DNA of 64,000 bases from NCBI GenBank assembly GCA_000708835.1, contig DF237425.1:10003-74002 (forward strand). Reading direction: 5' to 3'. The notes under the pieces are model-generated. The model made no database searches, was not told the DNA's origin, and saw nothing but the letters and a program-made list of their open reading frames with translations. Position 1 is the stretch's first letter; each line of letters begins with the position of its first letter. This document shows positions 62,463 through 64,000 of this stretch, piece after piece. The stretch is from Klebsormidium nitens. Its lineage: Eukaryota; Plantae; Klebsormidiophyceae. The position numbers and the translations under genes were made by a program.

Positions 62463-63181
62463 NNNNNNNNNNNNNNNNNNNNNNNNNNNNNNNNNNNNNN
62501 NNNNNNNNNNNNNNNNNNNNNNNNNNNNNNNNNNNNNNNNNNNNNNNNNNNNNNNNNNNNNNNNNNNNNNNNNNNNNNNNNNNNNNNNNNNNNNNNNNNN
62601 NNNNNNNNNNNNNNNNNNNNNNNNNNNNNNNNNNNNNNNNNNNNNNNNNNNNNNNNNNNNNNNNNNNNNNNNNNNNNNNNNNNNNNNNNNNNNNNNNNNN
62701 NNNNNNNNNNNNNNNNNNNNNNNNNNNNNNNNNNNNNNNNNNNNNNNNNNNNNNNNNNNNNNNNNNNNNNNNNNNNNNNNNNNNNNNNNNNNNNNNNNNN
62801 NNNNNNNNNNNNNNNNNNNNNNNNNNNNNNNNNNNNNNNNNNNNNNNNNNNNNNNNNNNNNNNNNNNNNNNNNNNNNNNNNNNNNNNNNNNNNNNNNNNN
62901 NNNNNNNNNNNNNNNNNNNNNNNNNNNNNNNNNNNNNNNNNNNNNNNNNNNNNNNNNNNNNNNNNNNNNNNNNNNNNNNNNNNNNNNNNNNNNNNNNNNN
63001 NNNNNNNNNNNNNNNNNNNNNNNNNNNNNNNNNNNNNNNNNNNNNNNNNNNNNNNNNNNNNNNNNNNNNNNNNNNNNNNNNNNNNNNNNNNNNNNNNNNN
63101 NNNNNNNNNNNNNNNNNNNNNNNNNNNNNNNNNNNNNNNNNNNNNNNNNNNNNNNNNNNNNNNNNNNNNNNNNNNNNNNNN
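62463..63181. other. Assembly gap (N run)
   Basis: Run of N. Confidence 1.
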
Positions 63182-64000
63182 CCAGTGCGCAAATACTTCT
63201 AACATATTCGACCTTGCCTCGAGTCGACGCAGAATTCTCGGTTTTTAGCGCACGTGAGCACTTTTGTGCAGATCCTTAATCACAGGAGTTTAGCGGCGTC
63301 TGACACGCACAGGCGACTGCATGGCCAGTTAGCCGTACTGCCACAGTGTCATCATCACCTTAAATTCTACTCAGACGAGAAGCCATCGAGGGAAAATTCG
63401 ACGTATCGATACTTCATGAAGGCTCTGAGCTTTGTCAAAGCTCAGAGCCTGCTGGTAGCACTAGCAGCTGAATTGAAGCCCTCAAAGTACGGCGCGCAAA
63501 GGCAATGACGTGGTTTCTTCCGGTTTATCAGGTATTGATTAAATGTCCAAGTCCCTACTGGCTTTTTCGGTCAATTCCCAACCCTCCTCACCGCTGCTCA
63601 CCTTCTCCTCGGAGAAAGCGAAAAAGGTTGCACTCACGCGTTGTTACACGTCACGTACGTAGTATGATGTTTCATAGAAATAAGCGCGCCCACCATGCAA
63701 TCTATTAGTTTCTAAATGGTTTTATGTTTAGCTTGAGGCCGATCATTCGAGCGGCAGCCGGAATACCATGAGCTGCTGTCTGGGCCTGATAAGAAACCGA
63801 TTTCAGCATAACTGTTACGGTTGGACGGGTTTCAACGCTGCCCGTCTGCTAGACATGTGCGGAATCCATGCCCAGCTTTTCAGCCCGACTTAGGTTCACC
63901 TTCAGCAAGAGCGCCTCTTAGAAAAATTGTTGCTCTCTTGCCTTCTCTCCAAGTTCTGATCAGTTAGGACTCACGAAGAGGCTCCCTGTTCAGTTCGAAG

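Noticed and set aside
51267-63279. ORFs of 186-275 aa in the ORF track spanning X runs
   Set aside because: Artefacts of N gaps.

Overview
Eukaryotic, intron-rich genomic DNA (GT-AG introns; two N-gaps at 51435-51803 and 62463-63181). Plant-type MOS1 and NPK1/ANP orthologues point to a streptophyte; a Klebsormidium-like alga is my inference, not proven. Seven protein-coding genes can be reconstructed by hand: a class-A FAD-dependent monooxygenase (+, 5' end outside the window), two paralogous small SET/post-SET proteins (-) flanking a divergent deoxyhypusine synthase-like gene (+), an NPK1/ANP-type MAPKKK (-), a MOS1/BAT2_N low-complexity protein (+) and a largely intronless amino-acid permease (+). 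The most striking unexplained structure is a recurring 'exon-echo' pattern. In five of the seven genes, introns carry degenerate tandem copies of the adjacent splice junction: acceptor plus exon 5' end upstream of the real exon, or exon 3' end plus donor downstream of it. Around two exons the copies decay with distance. Other points of note are the monooxygenase-SET-DHS-SET neighbourhood, the altered DHS residues and N-terminal extension, GW-motif enrichment in MOS1, and four single-base lesions next to homopolymers that are probably assembly errors. No rRNA, tRNA or CRISPR array was seen.
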